The notes under the pieces were generated by a model. It searched no databases, was not told the origin of the DNA, and was given only the letters and a program-made list of their open reading frames with translations. A program made the translations under genes and the position numbers. From assembly GCF_902459465.1 (NCBI RefSeq), contig NC_047067.1, positions 19,778,001 through 19,842,000 on the forward strand: a stretch of 64,000 bases of DNA, written 5' to 3'. Positions 22,919 through 35,350 of the stretch are shown here, piece by piece (position 1 is the first letter of the stretch; each line of letters begins with the position of its first letter). Source of the DNA: Asterias rubens (Eukaryota).

Positions 22919-23092
22919 CAGGCTTGATACTTCACAGAAGCAACAAATGCGAACGCTCTGTGCCCCTTGGTTGTTGCCTTGGTGCCCTTGAAATGCTCAA
23001 AAGTAGAAATGTACAATTTACTCATAGAGTGCCTTTTACCGAGGAGAAAATGGTTTGATGCCCTTGCCCTTTCAAAAACAAACGCACGCCTG
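22919..23092 (+). mobile_element. Short ~175-bp element with CAGGCCTG-type ends (relative of 61411-61584)
   Basis: Starts CAGGCTTGATACTTC and shares the internal TTGGTGCCCTTGAAATGCTC...GCCCTTGCCCTTT with 61411-61584. Confidence 0.6.
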
Positions 23093-26000
23093 TGTCAGAT
23101 CTAGAAAACTAAACTAACTACATGTAGAAACACAAAACCTAACAATCAAGATAAAAACACAACACAATCGCCCCCACATTCCTCTGTGCTGGTAGAAAAT
23201 TTCCTGTTCCAATTGTAACATGACTCAAAACACTTGACCACAAACTCCACATCGTACATCATTATGTCATCCAAATCAACTCCTCTTCAACACAGAAACA
23301 TCAAACCTCTCACCCCACATCCTCCTCCAAAGATCATTCATAAACCACAACTCCGCATCAAATACCGTCTTTTAAAGGGAAGGTACACGTTTAGTAATCA
23401 TCACTCTTGTGAATGCCAATAAAGAGTTACTTGAGGAGAAGTCAGCTTTCGAAAGCATTTTGAAAATCATTTCACTAAGAATTAATGTGGTTATGGAAAA
23501 AGAAGATGATTTAATTTAGTAATCAATACAAGATTCAATACAAGTCACGAGTGTCAGATTATTACAGTGTCTACATGCTGAGAAAACAGCAACAAAATAA
23601 CACGCTTTTTTCTACAGGAGCATGAAATCCATCCATGGTTAGTAAGGTAAAAGCAGGTACCCCCTGCATATCCGGCCACAGCATTCACGAATGGACACCA
23701 ACCCTCAGAAATCTGAGAAGTGATTCGAGCATGGGGGTGGAAAATTATCCAAACCATGAATTCTTATCTCAAAATAGTTTAGGCCTGTACTATCAACAGG
23801 TGCAGTGCTTTTCACCAAGTAGTTTTTTATGTCATTATCCTTTAATAATTTTTTTTGGGTATTTACTAATCTATGACCCTACCTTTAAAGGAAACTTATA
23901 CCTCTTTGGAACCTTTCAATTGTTTTAACCCTACATAAATATGTAACCAACTAAACTAGCCTCTGAAACTAACTAGGCCCCCATCCTTTAAACCACAATA
24001 CTTTCAAGTGAAATGATTCTCAAAATGCTTTATAGGTATGTACTCTCAAAAGCTTCTGTACTTATTCCCTACACGTAAGTGGGGCCTAAGTTTTTATGTC
24101 ATTAACTTTGTTGAGTATTTACCAATCTATGACCCAACTTTAATGTCTGAAAATTACTTTCTCTTTAAGATAATCCTCCCATATACACCTGTACTAGTGG
24201 TTAGTTTTGGTCTCACTCAAAAGGAATCTACAATGCGCTGGAATGCCAAGGCAAACATTTCCGGCCTTGCCTTAAAAAAACTGCACCCACTGATCTCATA
24301 ATAACAGGAAGAGAAACAGTCATTTGGAAAAAAGCAAATGCTCGGGCGATGATGTAATAACGTGACATCGAGACTGGAAAGCTGCTAGACTAGAAAGCTA
24401 CATCATGTCTTACTCCAAAAACAGCGGCTAGACTTGCTGAACTTCTTGGGAGTAACTTACAAGTCAGGAAGATAATGAATGTTTTTTTCGAGATGCTTTT
24501 CACAGTCATGAAGCCGCAACTGGTAAACATGTTCTCACATGACGCACAAAATCAAATAACTAGAGATTTGAAGGGGGGGGGGGATTTGTTATAAAACAAT
24601 GTTCAAGTGCTTTAATAATTACAAAGCAATATTTACTGTAGTTTTGGATATGAAATCAAATCAGCTCACTACAAAGTTTAACCTTTTCTTATAGGGAGGG
24701 TTTACGCGTGGGAATCACTCAAAAAATTAATGGCAATAAAAACATTTGGTTAGAAGCCTACAGCAGCTTTTGGTAGTATAAAGCATTTTGAGAAACAACA
24801 CTTTGAAGTAATGTGGTTATGTACAATGAAAGGGACAAATGTGCTCAGTCCATTACTTCAAAGAGAATAAAGAAATGCCAAAAACATTATTTATAAGGCC
24901 AAAGCTTGCAAAGTATACCAAAACTTTGTCTGCTTTTGTCTGTGTTTTCCATCAAAACAGGCAGGGAAACCATACAAAAATAATAACACTGTAACTAACC
25001 CAGGAGAGCATCAATCATATTTCTTGTCTGATAAAAGGAAACGACTAGGGTAGGAAATGAACCCCCCCCCCCTCGCCAACAACTAACACAGATCTTGACA
25101 TTTACAACTAGGCTGATCCCCATATAGCACAGCCAACTGAAGAGGCCCCCATCGTTAAGTGTAACACCACACTACAAAATTACACTTGCATGGACATGCT
25201 TCTGCACCTTGCCTGGTCATGCTTTGATTGCGAGTAAATATCCCCTAATAAATTAGCATCCATTTAGAGCATTCTGATAGAGTTTTCTTACTCCCCCAAG
25301 AGGGCTGTTTATAATGTCAACATGTGTGCATCTTTTTTCTTCTTTCTAGGTAACTGTTTATAAGAGGACGCACAGTTTCTGCCAAATGTAAGAGGTCGTG
25401 GCATTTGAGAATCCGCCGTTATTCTTCTATCCCCAGCAAAATGTTGCAGAGTTCATGATTCACTGTACATGTACACATGAGATCGCTGTAACATATATAT
25501 TAACTAGGTCCAAGTGTTCGTTTACAAACCCAACACAGAACTGTTCAAAAACTACACATTTAGGGTGATGTTACATGAAACGTGACTTTTGATGTCGTCA
25601 GGACCTTCAACCTTTTAGAAAAAACACACAGCGGCATTTATATTTATTTTTGTTCTACAGATCTTATAAACCTTAACCTTTTAGGTGACTTCATGTGATA
25701 CTGGATGTCGTCATTAGAAAGGGACCTTAAATTTAATTGATAAAAACAATAACAAACATTTATCAAGTCATTTAAATTAACCGTGAGGTACCCCAATTGA
25801 AAAACAAAAAATTAAAAACCCAGCCTATAACACAACAAATCACTGCAAGAAACCGTTACAATAGAGTGACTGGAACAAGTGGGTGTAAAGAGCTATTTTA
25901 AAACTGATAACAAGTTTTTTTCAGAAAGGAAGGGGGGGGGGGAAACTTTGAGGGTTCATTTAAATTGTCAGTAATCCTGCCGCTTTGTGGTTTAAGTTGA

Positions 26001-26149
26001 TCACAGCCAGTGGGTCAAGTCTTGCTTTAGGCAACATTTAAAACTTGCGTTTGCTTTATAAAATTGGCAATTTGATTTTTGTTACAGTGCAATTCATTTG
26101 TTTTGTTTGAAGGGGGAAATGTGTCAAGCAGTATTTTCTGCTTTAAAAC

Positions 26150-26342
26150 ATGCAGCTGTATGAAATTGGGCCCACATAAATATTGCTAAACATTTGTCTG
26201 CTAAGCAGAAATGAGCAGGATACCAGTTACAAATTGTACATACTGAATGATAGTTGGGCTGGTTTCCTAATTCTGGTAAGCATAACTTTGTTGTGCATAT
26301 CTACTTTTCATGCTTTTAAGCAGCTCTATGAAATTGGGCCCA
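26150..26342. mobile_element. MITE family D (TIR GGGCCCAATTTCATAGAGCTGCT)
   Basis: The same terminal motif and body recur at ~27061-27235, ~62040-62176 and 63854-64000. Confidence 0.65.
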
Positions 26343-28099
26343 GGTCCTTTGGCCTTTTAACTGGCATTTGGCCAGCGGACCACTGTTAAAAAGAGAAAAC
26401 ACTGCACTACTATCCAGGCTCTGTGTACATAATTATGTGCATGGTGTCTTCTTCACAGGGACCCCAGACCGTTGTACATGTATCTCTTTGTTACCACATC
26501 AATATTTCTTCTAATCGTACAGGTGTTGAAACACCAGGACTTATAAGCCACTCCATGTACATCAAGTCGATGGATTCAAGCTTTGTATATATTCACATAA
26601 GGGGGCAGTAGATCCTACTCAACTAGTATATTGATTGATTGGGGCACAGACAAGAAAAACAAGCTGGGAACAACAGAAGAGTTGCTGGGCAGTCTGCAAT
26701 GGAACCCATCCAGGGTACCAGAATAAGACTAGAAATAATGCTAGCCAATAATAATCACTGGGTTGTTTTTCTTACCTACATTTTATTTACGTAAGGATAG
26801 CGTGTTATACTATAGAGGTAGAATTGGTTATACCCTTACTCTATGGTTATACCATAGAGGTAGAATTGGTTACACTTTATTCTAATTCAAAATAGGAATT
26901 AATTTTTAACCAAAATACACTTTGGAATTTATTAAAATTCATTCACATGACCAAAGCCATTCTTTGACTGCAAAACTACTTGACAAAAGTTTTGCAAATT
27001 CTTGTTGAATCATAACGCATAGAGTAGGCTAAACTGTTTACTGTATGGATGAACTGATACGGACCCAATTTCATAGAGCTGCTCTAAAAGTAGAAAATAT
27101 TGCTTTTTATGTTGTTCAGACAAGTAGAAATTAGTAGGATGGCATGATGCCAGTCACAAATTGTATATGACTTGGTTGGTAACCTTATTTTGGTAAGCAG
27201 AATTTTGTTGTGCTTAGCTATTGTTTTGACCCTGTTTGAAGACATTTGCTTACATTTACACCAAACATCAACACTAGGTACTTGTATACCAAAGAAAAAC
27301 TGTAGACAATGATGACCATTCCATGACAACTACATAGCTCCTATATTATGGTAAAAATATCAGATTGCCTGTGGCCTATGCCAGGAATGTCTGAAGTTTT
27401 AGACTTCTGTCCCAATCACTTTAGGTAACTCTATTGTTGATATCTTCTACCAAGTGTTCCCTCATGGAAGTACGTTCGAAACAAAATCAGACTCGAAGCC
27501 AAGACTAACCAAGGATGCAGTGGTTGACTATGTTATTCTCTCACATTTTCGTTTATGAGAAGTTCCATTTGCACCAACAGGAATAAATATTTATTTGTGT
27601 TACAACTCTTCACCAAAGTGTGTTAAAGCAGTGCAGGCCTACTCAGTACCTTCGGGTCCTAAGCCTTTTTGAAATATGGCGCACACCATGCTACAACACT
27701 GGGTAATTTTGTGCGTATTGACCATAGAAATAGAACGTGTGTTATTCAGTGAAGTGCCGCGTTTACACGTAAACCTATTGACCACCAACATTCATGGTCA
27801 GCGTGGCATCAGTCGCCGTGTGACGCGCGTCACCACGTCCACCATACCTCAAAAAGGCTTATGAAAAAGTTACAAATAATACTTTAATCCCAGATGCAAA
27901 TTAAATAGCTATTACAAAAAGTTTCATCTAAAATACAGCACTCAAACTACTACATGTACATAATAAAACAAAAAACCAAAAACAAAACAAAAACAAAACA
28001 CAACACAAAGAAAAACAGACACAACAAAATTAGTCATTGAAAACCTGTGACATAAGATAAGTTTTGAGAAGAGACTTGAGACATACATGTATACTTGCC

Positions 28100-28260
28100 C
28101 TAGCTACCGGGCAAGTTCATTGGTTAAGTCCTCTGGAATGGCAAAGGTTGTGGATTCAAATCCCACCAGAGTAAAATGCCTATGCATGTATTTTGGTTTG
28201 CATGACTCAGAAAATACTGAGTATACATGAAACTCTTTTTAGTCTAAAATAATGAGGGAA
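28100..28260 (+). mobile_element. Decayed tRNA-derived SINE
   Basis: B-box-like AAGGTTGTGGATTCAAATCCCACC; a related copy lies at ~49225-49400. Confidence 0.5.
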
Positions 28261-31200
28261 AACCTGTAAAAGTGAGCATAAATAACTGAGTTGAATACAA
28301 ATTTCATAGTTGTTTTGGACATGTGGTCAAATGTTGTTAAAGAAAAAACAACTTACCCTATGCTATAGATTTATACTTGTAAAGTTGCACGAGTTCTTGT
28401 CAAAAGACTGACAAACTGATATTTCACAATATACTCAGACTGTATCCTTCCTCCATGGGCTAAAGATTCTTAGCTCAGGGCGCGCTCTGTGGTGCACTCC
28501 TTCCTCCATGCTCAGAACAAGTGGTTTTCCAAACAGACGAGATGTAAATAAGTCAAAACACGTATTTTCAAACAATGAGTGTCCCGAACAACAAAGTATG
28601 TGTTTTACCCAGCAGACAGTACCATTCAATGCAAAAACTCATTCATCACAAACTAAATATAAACCACATTCCAAGGAAAAGGAAGAAAGGATTCGGAAGA
28701 AAAAAGATTTCATAATGTTATCCACAGGACGTGCTAAGATTAAAACCTCACCTTGAATCTTTGCACTGGTCACAGCAGACAGACAAGCACACAATAAAAA
28801 AACCTACTCCGTTTTGTATTGACGAAGAATTAATTCCACTGCGAAACAATTACAGGCTTATTTGCTATACAGCAAGGCTGGACACTGGCGCACAGAGTTA
28901 CATAACAACGTAACCTTGCATGTTGACTGGTCTGTTAGATCTGATGTGATGTGTGTGTATTTCTGTCCAGTGCTTGTTTCAGATCAAAACACCTTGAAGG
29001 CATGTCAGGCCTTTTGAGTCACACCTGGGACTGTTCCATTACTATGTACACAAGGGGTGTTACACAATGTTTTCTAGAGTGACTTTGGGAGGGGAGCTTA
29101 ATAAGCAGAAATCGCCAGTGGCTGGACAATGGCCAAACATTTCCTTCTTGTGGGGTTACCTTATTATTGCTGAGAAGAGGACATTACCAGGACAAACATT
29201 GAATGTCCATTGCTTAGACCAGACACGAATTAAGACAGTGGCAAAAGAAGCAAGTCACTTGGTGAAAAATCAGCCTGGTTTTTAATAATGGCATAGGCCC
29301 CAATCAAGACTTAGTAAAATAGAAAAGTGTGGATGTTCATTACTTAGATGGAAAGAAGGGGGGAAAGAGAAAAAAGGGGAGAACAAAATCCATCAAAATA
29401 TGGTGATGTACCCGTGTGGTGATTTTGTGTGCGATCTAAAGCCACTAAATGCAACATTGGAGGAACATGATGCAATACCCTTTTAATTTCTGATGGGCTA
29501 TTTTACCATGAGACCATTCATGGACAATTGAAGGAGATGGGCCCAACAATCTAATTGCATTGTGGTTTTACACGTGCTAAAATATATTACACTGCCACAT
29601 GAGAGAATTACACGCAATTGGGAGATTTTGAGACCACTTTAGCTTTTTAACACTAAACTAACCAGCCAGGCCACTTAGAGTGTGCTTTTACTGGTCTATC
29701 CTCAAGTGTTTAAACTGGCATTTGGCCAGCAGACTGCTGAAAAGTCTCCCACGAATTGTGATTCTAGGCCTGATGGTTCATTCATGTTTCTGTTAAGGAA
29801 TACATGTAGGCTGGAGACACACATCAACAATTAAAAGTCTCTTTCACATTAGACTAATTTCCCAGGAAATTGCCAAGTTGGCCTGAACACGCTTGGAATT
29901 GGTCACCCTAGCAAACTCCTGGAAAAAGGTAATTTTCTCAAGAAGTATCTACCCTGCTTCATTTGGAGTAAGGTTAAGCAAGTAGAAAAATGTCAGACAT
30001 AGTTCCAAAGTTGCATGCAGTGTTTGTAGTTGCCTCCAAGTTGCCTGTAAAAACTGCACTGTGTGACGAAGCTTTCATCTACAGCCTCCTAGGTGCATTA
30101 GGTAAAACATTTCACTCCATGGTGTAAATCAATGCAGTGCTTATTCTGTAAGTAACACTAAAGGACAATTGTTTCAGCAATTGTTCAAACCCAAGGTGTT
30201 ATCAAATATCATCCAAACGTTCCTACATGAAATCTCAGTTTACAAATCAATTGGTGAGGCAACATTTGTTTACAGCAAAATCTAAGCGCATGTAGATATA
30301 GAACATGTACCTTTAGAACCAGAACCTCATTATACATTCAATGCTTGACAAACGAACTGTTGGGTTTATCAAATCACAATGGTTTGTCCTTGCATTGTTG
30401 GGATTGATTCACTCGTAATAAAACCCTATAACAGTGCGGACATTATTTGTATTGGTCAGTTTGTCCTTCAATCTGGTCTTCTCAACCTTCGGAAAGGCTG
30501 GCTGACCAGGCCAGGCACTCCAGCCAGTAGACCGGACAGTGAGGCTGATGACTGACCAGGCAGTCTCAGACCGAACAGGTTGGCTGACCAGGCACTCCAG
30601 CCAGTAGATCAGCATGCAGTCATGAGAGACAATAGCCCAGCGTGCTGGCACTATTCAAATGTTGACTTTTTAGTATCAAAGTATTATTAACCATAAAGAC
30701 AAATGAGATCAATCTTCTCTTACAAATCTTAGATTAGTAGCCTACTTGTTAAAAACAGTTAAATAGTTGTTTATTGAGCTGTGTCAGAATGTTTTGTTTG
30801 TCATTTTGATTCTGGTCTTCTAAAAACAATTCTGATCCAGTAAACAATTTGAGTAAAAAGCCCTGTTGTCTTGTGGATCTTTCTCCAAAACTCGATCCCT
30901 GGGTCACCATGCAGTCCAGCCAGCAGAACAGACATGCTGGCATGACCATGCAGCCCAGCCAGTAGACAAACTCCTGCCGATCCCCTGTTGACACAGATCT
31001 TGCCAGGTGATACCACAACACTACTTGAATAACTCTAGGTCATTACATTATCAACGTTATGCCAGTACATTGCCAATGTTTTGACATGACCAGTGTAAAG
31101 AATACAAACATGATTAACTAAGTCTCTATCAATCAACTTCTACTTGTACTGAGCCCTGAATGTGATCTTTAATTGATCATATTGGAGCATCTTACATAGT

Positions 31201-31396
31201 ACACTTTTTTAGTAAAAATGAAGTTATTCAGTACAGCACACATGTCATAATTCTCAACATCAAAACATACAAACCAGGCGATAACAACCACACTTCAATT
31301 TCAAGTATTACCAAAAACAACAAATTAATAAAAAGAAACATGACATTACGATGCCTATTTAAAATATAATTAATGTAAGACAATATTCTTACTTAC

Positions 31397-31631
31397 CAGA
31401 GCAAACAGGTTGGGCATTAACTCCGTAGGGCATTAACTCCCCACACATTGCTTGTTAGATTTGAAGATGTAGTAAGACTAGAATAGTGACTCCGTCCGAT
31501 GGTTCGAACACCTCCATACCGGCCTGCGTGCAGAAATCAAATAACAACTGGTACATCAAGACATGAATATGCACTACTACCCCGCATCACTGCGACACCA
31601 ACCTCCCCCCAATGCCAAGTAAAAAGGGCCT
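31397..31631 (-). other. Candidate 5' UTR exon of the FRS gene (235 nt)
   Basis: Acceptor tttttttctag| at 31633-31632 and donor CTG|GTAAGT at 31396; no long ORF. Confidence 0.4.
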
Positions 31632-31996
31632 CTAGAAAAAAATTAGTCAGGTATCTCTTCCTATTTGCGCATATTAACGATGCAGACTGGGACAGGGTAG
31701 GAGACGAAGACTGTTGAAAATCAAAACACCCACAAGGCTACATGAATAATGCATCAAGGCAATACAGATTACACCAAAACAAAAAAACAGGGACACATCA
31801 TTTCGGGGAGCGGGGGTGTTTGTGAAATGAGGGGAAGCCTACAAGATTTGCCTCTTAAAAAGAGGTTTTAAGACTTACCCTTAACTCATACATTAAAAAA
31901 GGGCAACAAGACATTTCGAGATACCGAATAATAAACCACAGGGGAAACTGAAAGAGTTAGTTTGACATTTTCCCCAAAAATATTTACTCTAAGATA

Positions 31997-32066
31997 CCTT
32001 TTTGAGAAAGACTCTGCTAGGGTAGAAGCGTTAGGCCATTAGCTATTTTTTAATTTATCTCTCGTT
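31997..32066 (+). mobile_element. Second solo remnant of the PLE terminal repeat/hammerhead
   Basis: CCTTTTTGAGAAAGACTCTGCTAGGGTAGAAGCGTTAGGCCATTAGCTATTTTTTAATTTATCTCTCG matches the PLE 5' repeat plus adjacent leader. Confidence 0.7.
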
Positions 32067-34156
32067 AGTTATAATTACAAAATATTAAGCTAATGATATT
32101 TACAGCTCAGAGTGTATCTATAGATCGAATTGCTTAGTTCCAGTACATGTACAAATTAATTTTGTAGGTATTTTTTTTTTTTCACTCTTTATTGTGCAAG
32201 TTTGCCCCAAACATGGCCAAAAGCCACTCTTGGCTAGGGGCTGCAAGAAGAACAATACTTAAGATGAAAATAACTAATGGGAGCTGAAGGTGGGAATTTA
32301 TATTCCTCTTAAAATAGTCTAGATTGTAGGATGGAGGTGCACAGAGTTCAACAGGGAATAAGGCTGTTGGAATGGCTCTATATGCCTACCATCTCTACTT
32401 CTTCTAAATATTTTTCAAGTGTTTATTTTTTTCTTCAATAAAACAAGTTTACTACACTACATTACCAAAGCATTTATAAAACTCTTAAAAAACAGCGCTT
32501 TACACAAAAAGAAAAAAAGTGATGACAAAATTCAGGGTGAAATAAATGGGGTCTTTACAGCTTTCGTCTGATGAATTAATTAATTTCTTTAAATCCTTTT
32601 GATGCGCACTATTAATTAAGCTACTGATATTTACAGCTCAGATGTATAAATAAAATGTTTTACTTCAGCTACAAACAAATCTGTAAGTAAAAAGTCTTCT
32701 ACTTCTTTTAATTATTTTCTAAGTGTTGTTGTTTTTTAAAACAACAAGAACACTTCTTCTTCTTCTTTTTTGAGTGTCCTCGGTCAACGATGTTACGCCA
32801 AGTTGTCCCCAGATCTCCCTTCCCTCATGCATGTAGATATTTCTCCAGCTGTCACAGACCTAGTGTCCCTTCTCAGTCAATACACTACACCAAACTCTTA
32901 CAAAACAATGAATCACAGCTCTTTACACAAGAAAAAACAAAGTACATACTAGTAAACATGATAAACAACAGAACATGAATGAGGGTGAAATAATTGGTAT
33001 CTTTTAAAAGAAGGCTGCCCGTGTAGAAAGACTCCTTCCTTTATTGATGTCTCGGTTGTTTTCATGCTTCACAATGTGCACTGCCATGTTGTATTCATAC
33101 TCATAAATAACAGTTCAAAAGCGACTAATGATGTAGTTAATGACGAGTTTCCATGGTAACACATGATGGTCAATAAGCAAAAAACAATTGTTGTTTACTA
33201 CAGCATTATTGAGTTTATGTGCCTGTATCAAACCAAGGACGGTCAGCAAGCATACACAAACGGCTAGTTTAATTTTAGAACTAGTCTGTGACACACGTTT
33301 TCATGCATTTATTGGTTCATGTAGCATTTCAACTTTGAGAAACACGTGCAGGGGCGGCGCCAGATCTGTTGATCTGGGGGAGCCTAAATTTGAAAGGACA
33401 AACATTGATTTTGAGTTTAATTTTGCACTGCTGAACAAGCATCGACTTGCACAAATGTCCGAGTTACACCAGTGTATTTCTTGAGCTGGGGTAAGGAGAA
33501 CATAATTGCTATGAAAACACTTTAAATTATTGTTGTGCATGTATACCTATTATGTATGGTTGAAGAGACTTTATTAAGCCGGATTTGTAGAAGTACATGC
33601 AAGTACATGGTATTGACATTTTACTTATCTTGATGACCTTTGGTTACTGATTAAGAGTAATGCCTTAAGATGCTGACAAGGACATTTAACATTACTAAGT
33701 TGTAATTGGGTGATGCAAACCTACAGCATAAACAAATTAGCACTAAAACTTTTAGAGCTTTTCTAGGCCCTACACATGTGAACTTTGAGAAGCCCCTCTT
33801 TTGTTTACTTTCAGGAAGTCCATCGATAATGTTATTAAATGTTTAAGAGTAACTGTATTGTTGTCCTTTGTAAGACCAAATGAATTTTAGTCCTTGGACT
33901 TTTTGTTTGGAAAAGAAAACCAAAGTAAACTGCATGGAATTGCCTGGCAATTCGTCTTTCAAGGGCAGGCTGTTTTCATTTTGCAAAGGGTCCTTCTTAT
34001 TGGAATATCTTGTGATGTCTATGGGGATGGGTATATTTTGATAGACCACCAAGGCCAATGTCCACTCTTATAAGTTAGCCAAATTTAGTAACTGGTGGGT
34101 TTGTTTTTATAGAGGTTGACTGGCTTCTGACTGGCAGATATTGACACATTTTTTAA

Positions 34157-34535
34157 AGGCAGTGGACACTATTGGTAATTACTCAAAATAATTTTTAGCA
34201 TACAACCTTAATTGGTAAATAGTAAAAGGGAGAGGTTGATAGTATAAAACCTTGTGAGAAACGGCTCCCTCTGAAGTGATTTAGTTTTCGATAAAGAAGT
34301 AATTTTCCACAAATTTGATTTCAAGACCTCAAGTTTAGAACTTGAGGTCTCAAAATCAAGCATCTGAAAGTACACAACTTCGTGTGACAAGGGTGTTTTT
34401 TTCTTTCATAGTTATCTCACAACTCCGACGACCAATCAAGCTCAAATTTTCACAGGTTTGTTATTTTATGTACATGTTGAGATACACCAAGTGAGAATAC
34501 TGGATTTTGACAATTAACAATAGTGTCCACTGCCT
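34157..34535 (-). mobile_element. MITE family A copy with perfect TTAA flanks
   Basis: TTAA at 34153-34156 and 34536-34539; TIRs as above. Confidence 0.85.
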
Positions 34536-34919
34536 TTAAGAAACCACCAAAAGATAGCTCAGTTGGAAGAGTGCCAGCACATGAATCCTTAAATTATTTA
34601 AAAATTTACCAAGTCAGCTTCCCAAAAAGATTTTTTTAACTTGCTACTTCTATGGTGATGAAATTTCACAAGATTAAATTTTATTTTGTATTTTTATCAC
34701 AGTTTTGGATACAGATTAAGATGGGCAAATTACATAAACAACTGGTAAAATATTCTGCCCTGTCCACCAGTGGAACATGCCACGTTCCAATTTCAACAGC
34801 ACCTCATCCCTGGCTAACCAGCCTGCATAAACCCATGCTAATTACTACCGGTCCCGACGACCCACAGTCTCCATGCAGGATGACACGCACGCACATGTCT
34901 GAACCTCACACGAGTAATA

Positions 34920-35350
34920 TCCCCCTAAAAATATATCGCTAACGTCATCGCAGCTCGCGCTAAAATCTGGTTGTCGGGATGACGATCATTCTCGTGGTTG
35001 CTATGGGCAACGGCGGAGGTGGATAGCCGTTAGATAGAGCATTGTCCTTTACACCATGGTCATTTTTGTTTGTCGGCTGTCCGTCGTACATTTTCGCGTC
35101 AGGGTGTCTTCAGAAATATACGTTGAATATGTTGCTTGATTTTCCGGAACAAACAGCCTCATGAGTCAATAGGTTGTTGGGTGGTTCGAGATACATGTTC
35201 CGAGAAAAACGATCCCTCGCCTTCTATTTAGAGTTGGAGTGTGAATGTATTTTCTTACATTTCCCGTAAATAAACATTCAATTAAACGGCTGGTTTCGGA
35301 AATTGCAGACGATCATTTGTGGAATCAGAGAGAACGAATCCGCTGTGTAA
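34920..35350. promoter_or_regulatory. CpG-rich promoter-like region with X-box; possible FRS transcription start
   Basis: GTTGCTATGGGCAAC at 34997-35011, a minus-strand donor-like GTAAGA at ~35258, and local CpG enrichment. Confidence 0.35.

Noticed and set aside
28435-28756. Possible missing Greatwall or other coding exon
   Set aside because: No kinase subdomain motifs and no convincing splice pair.
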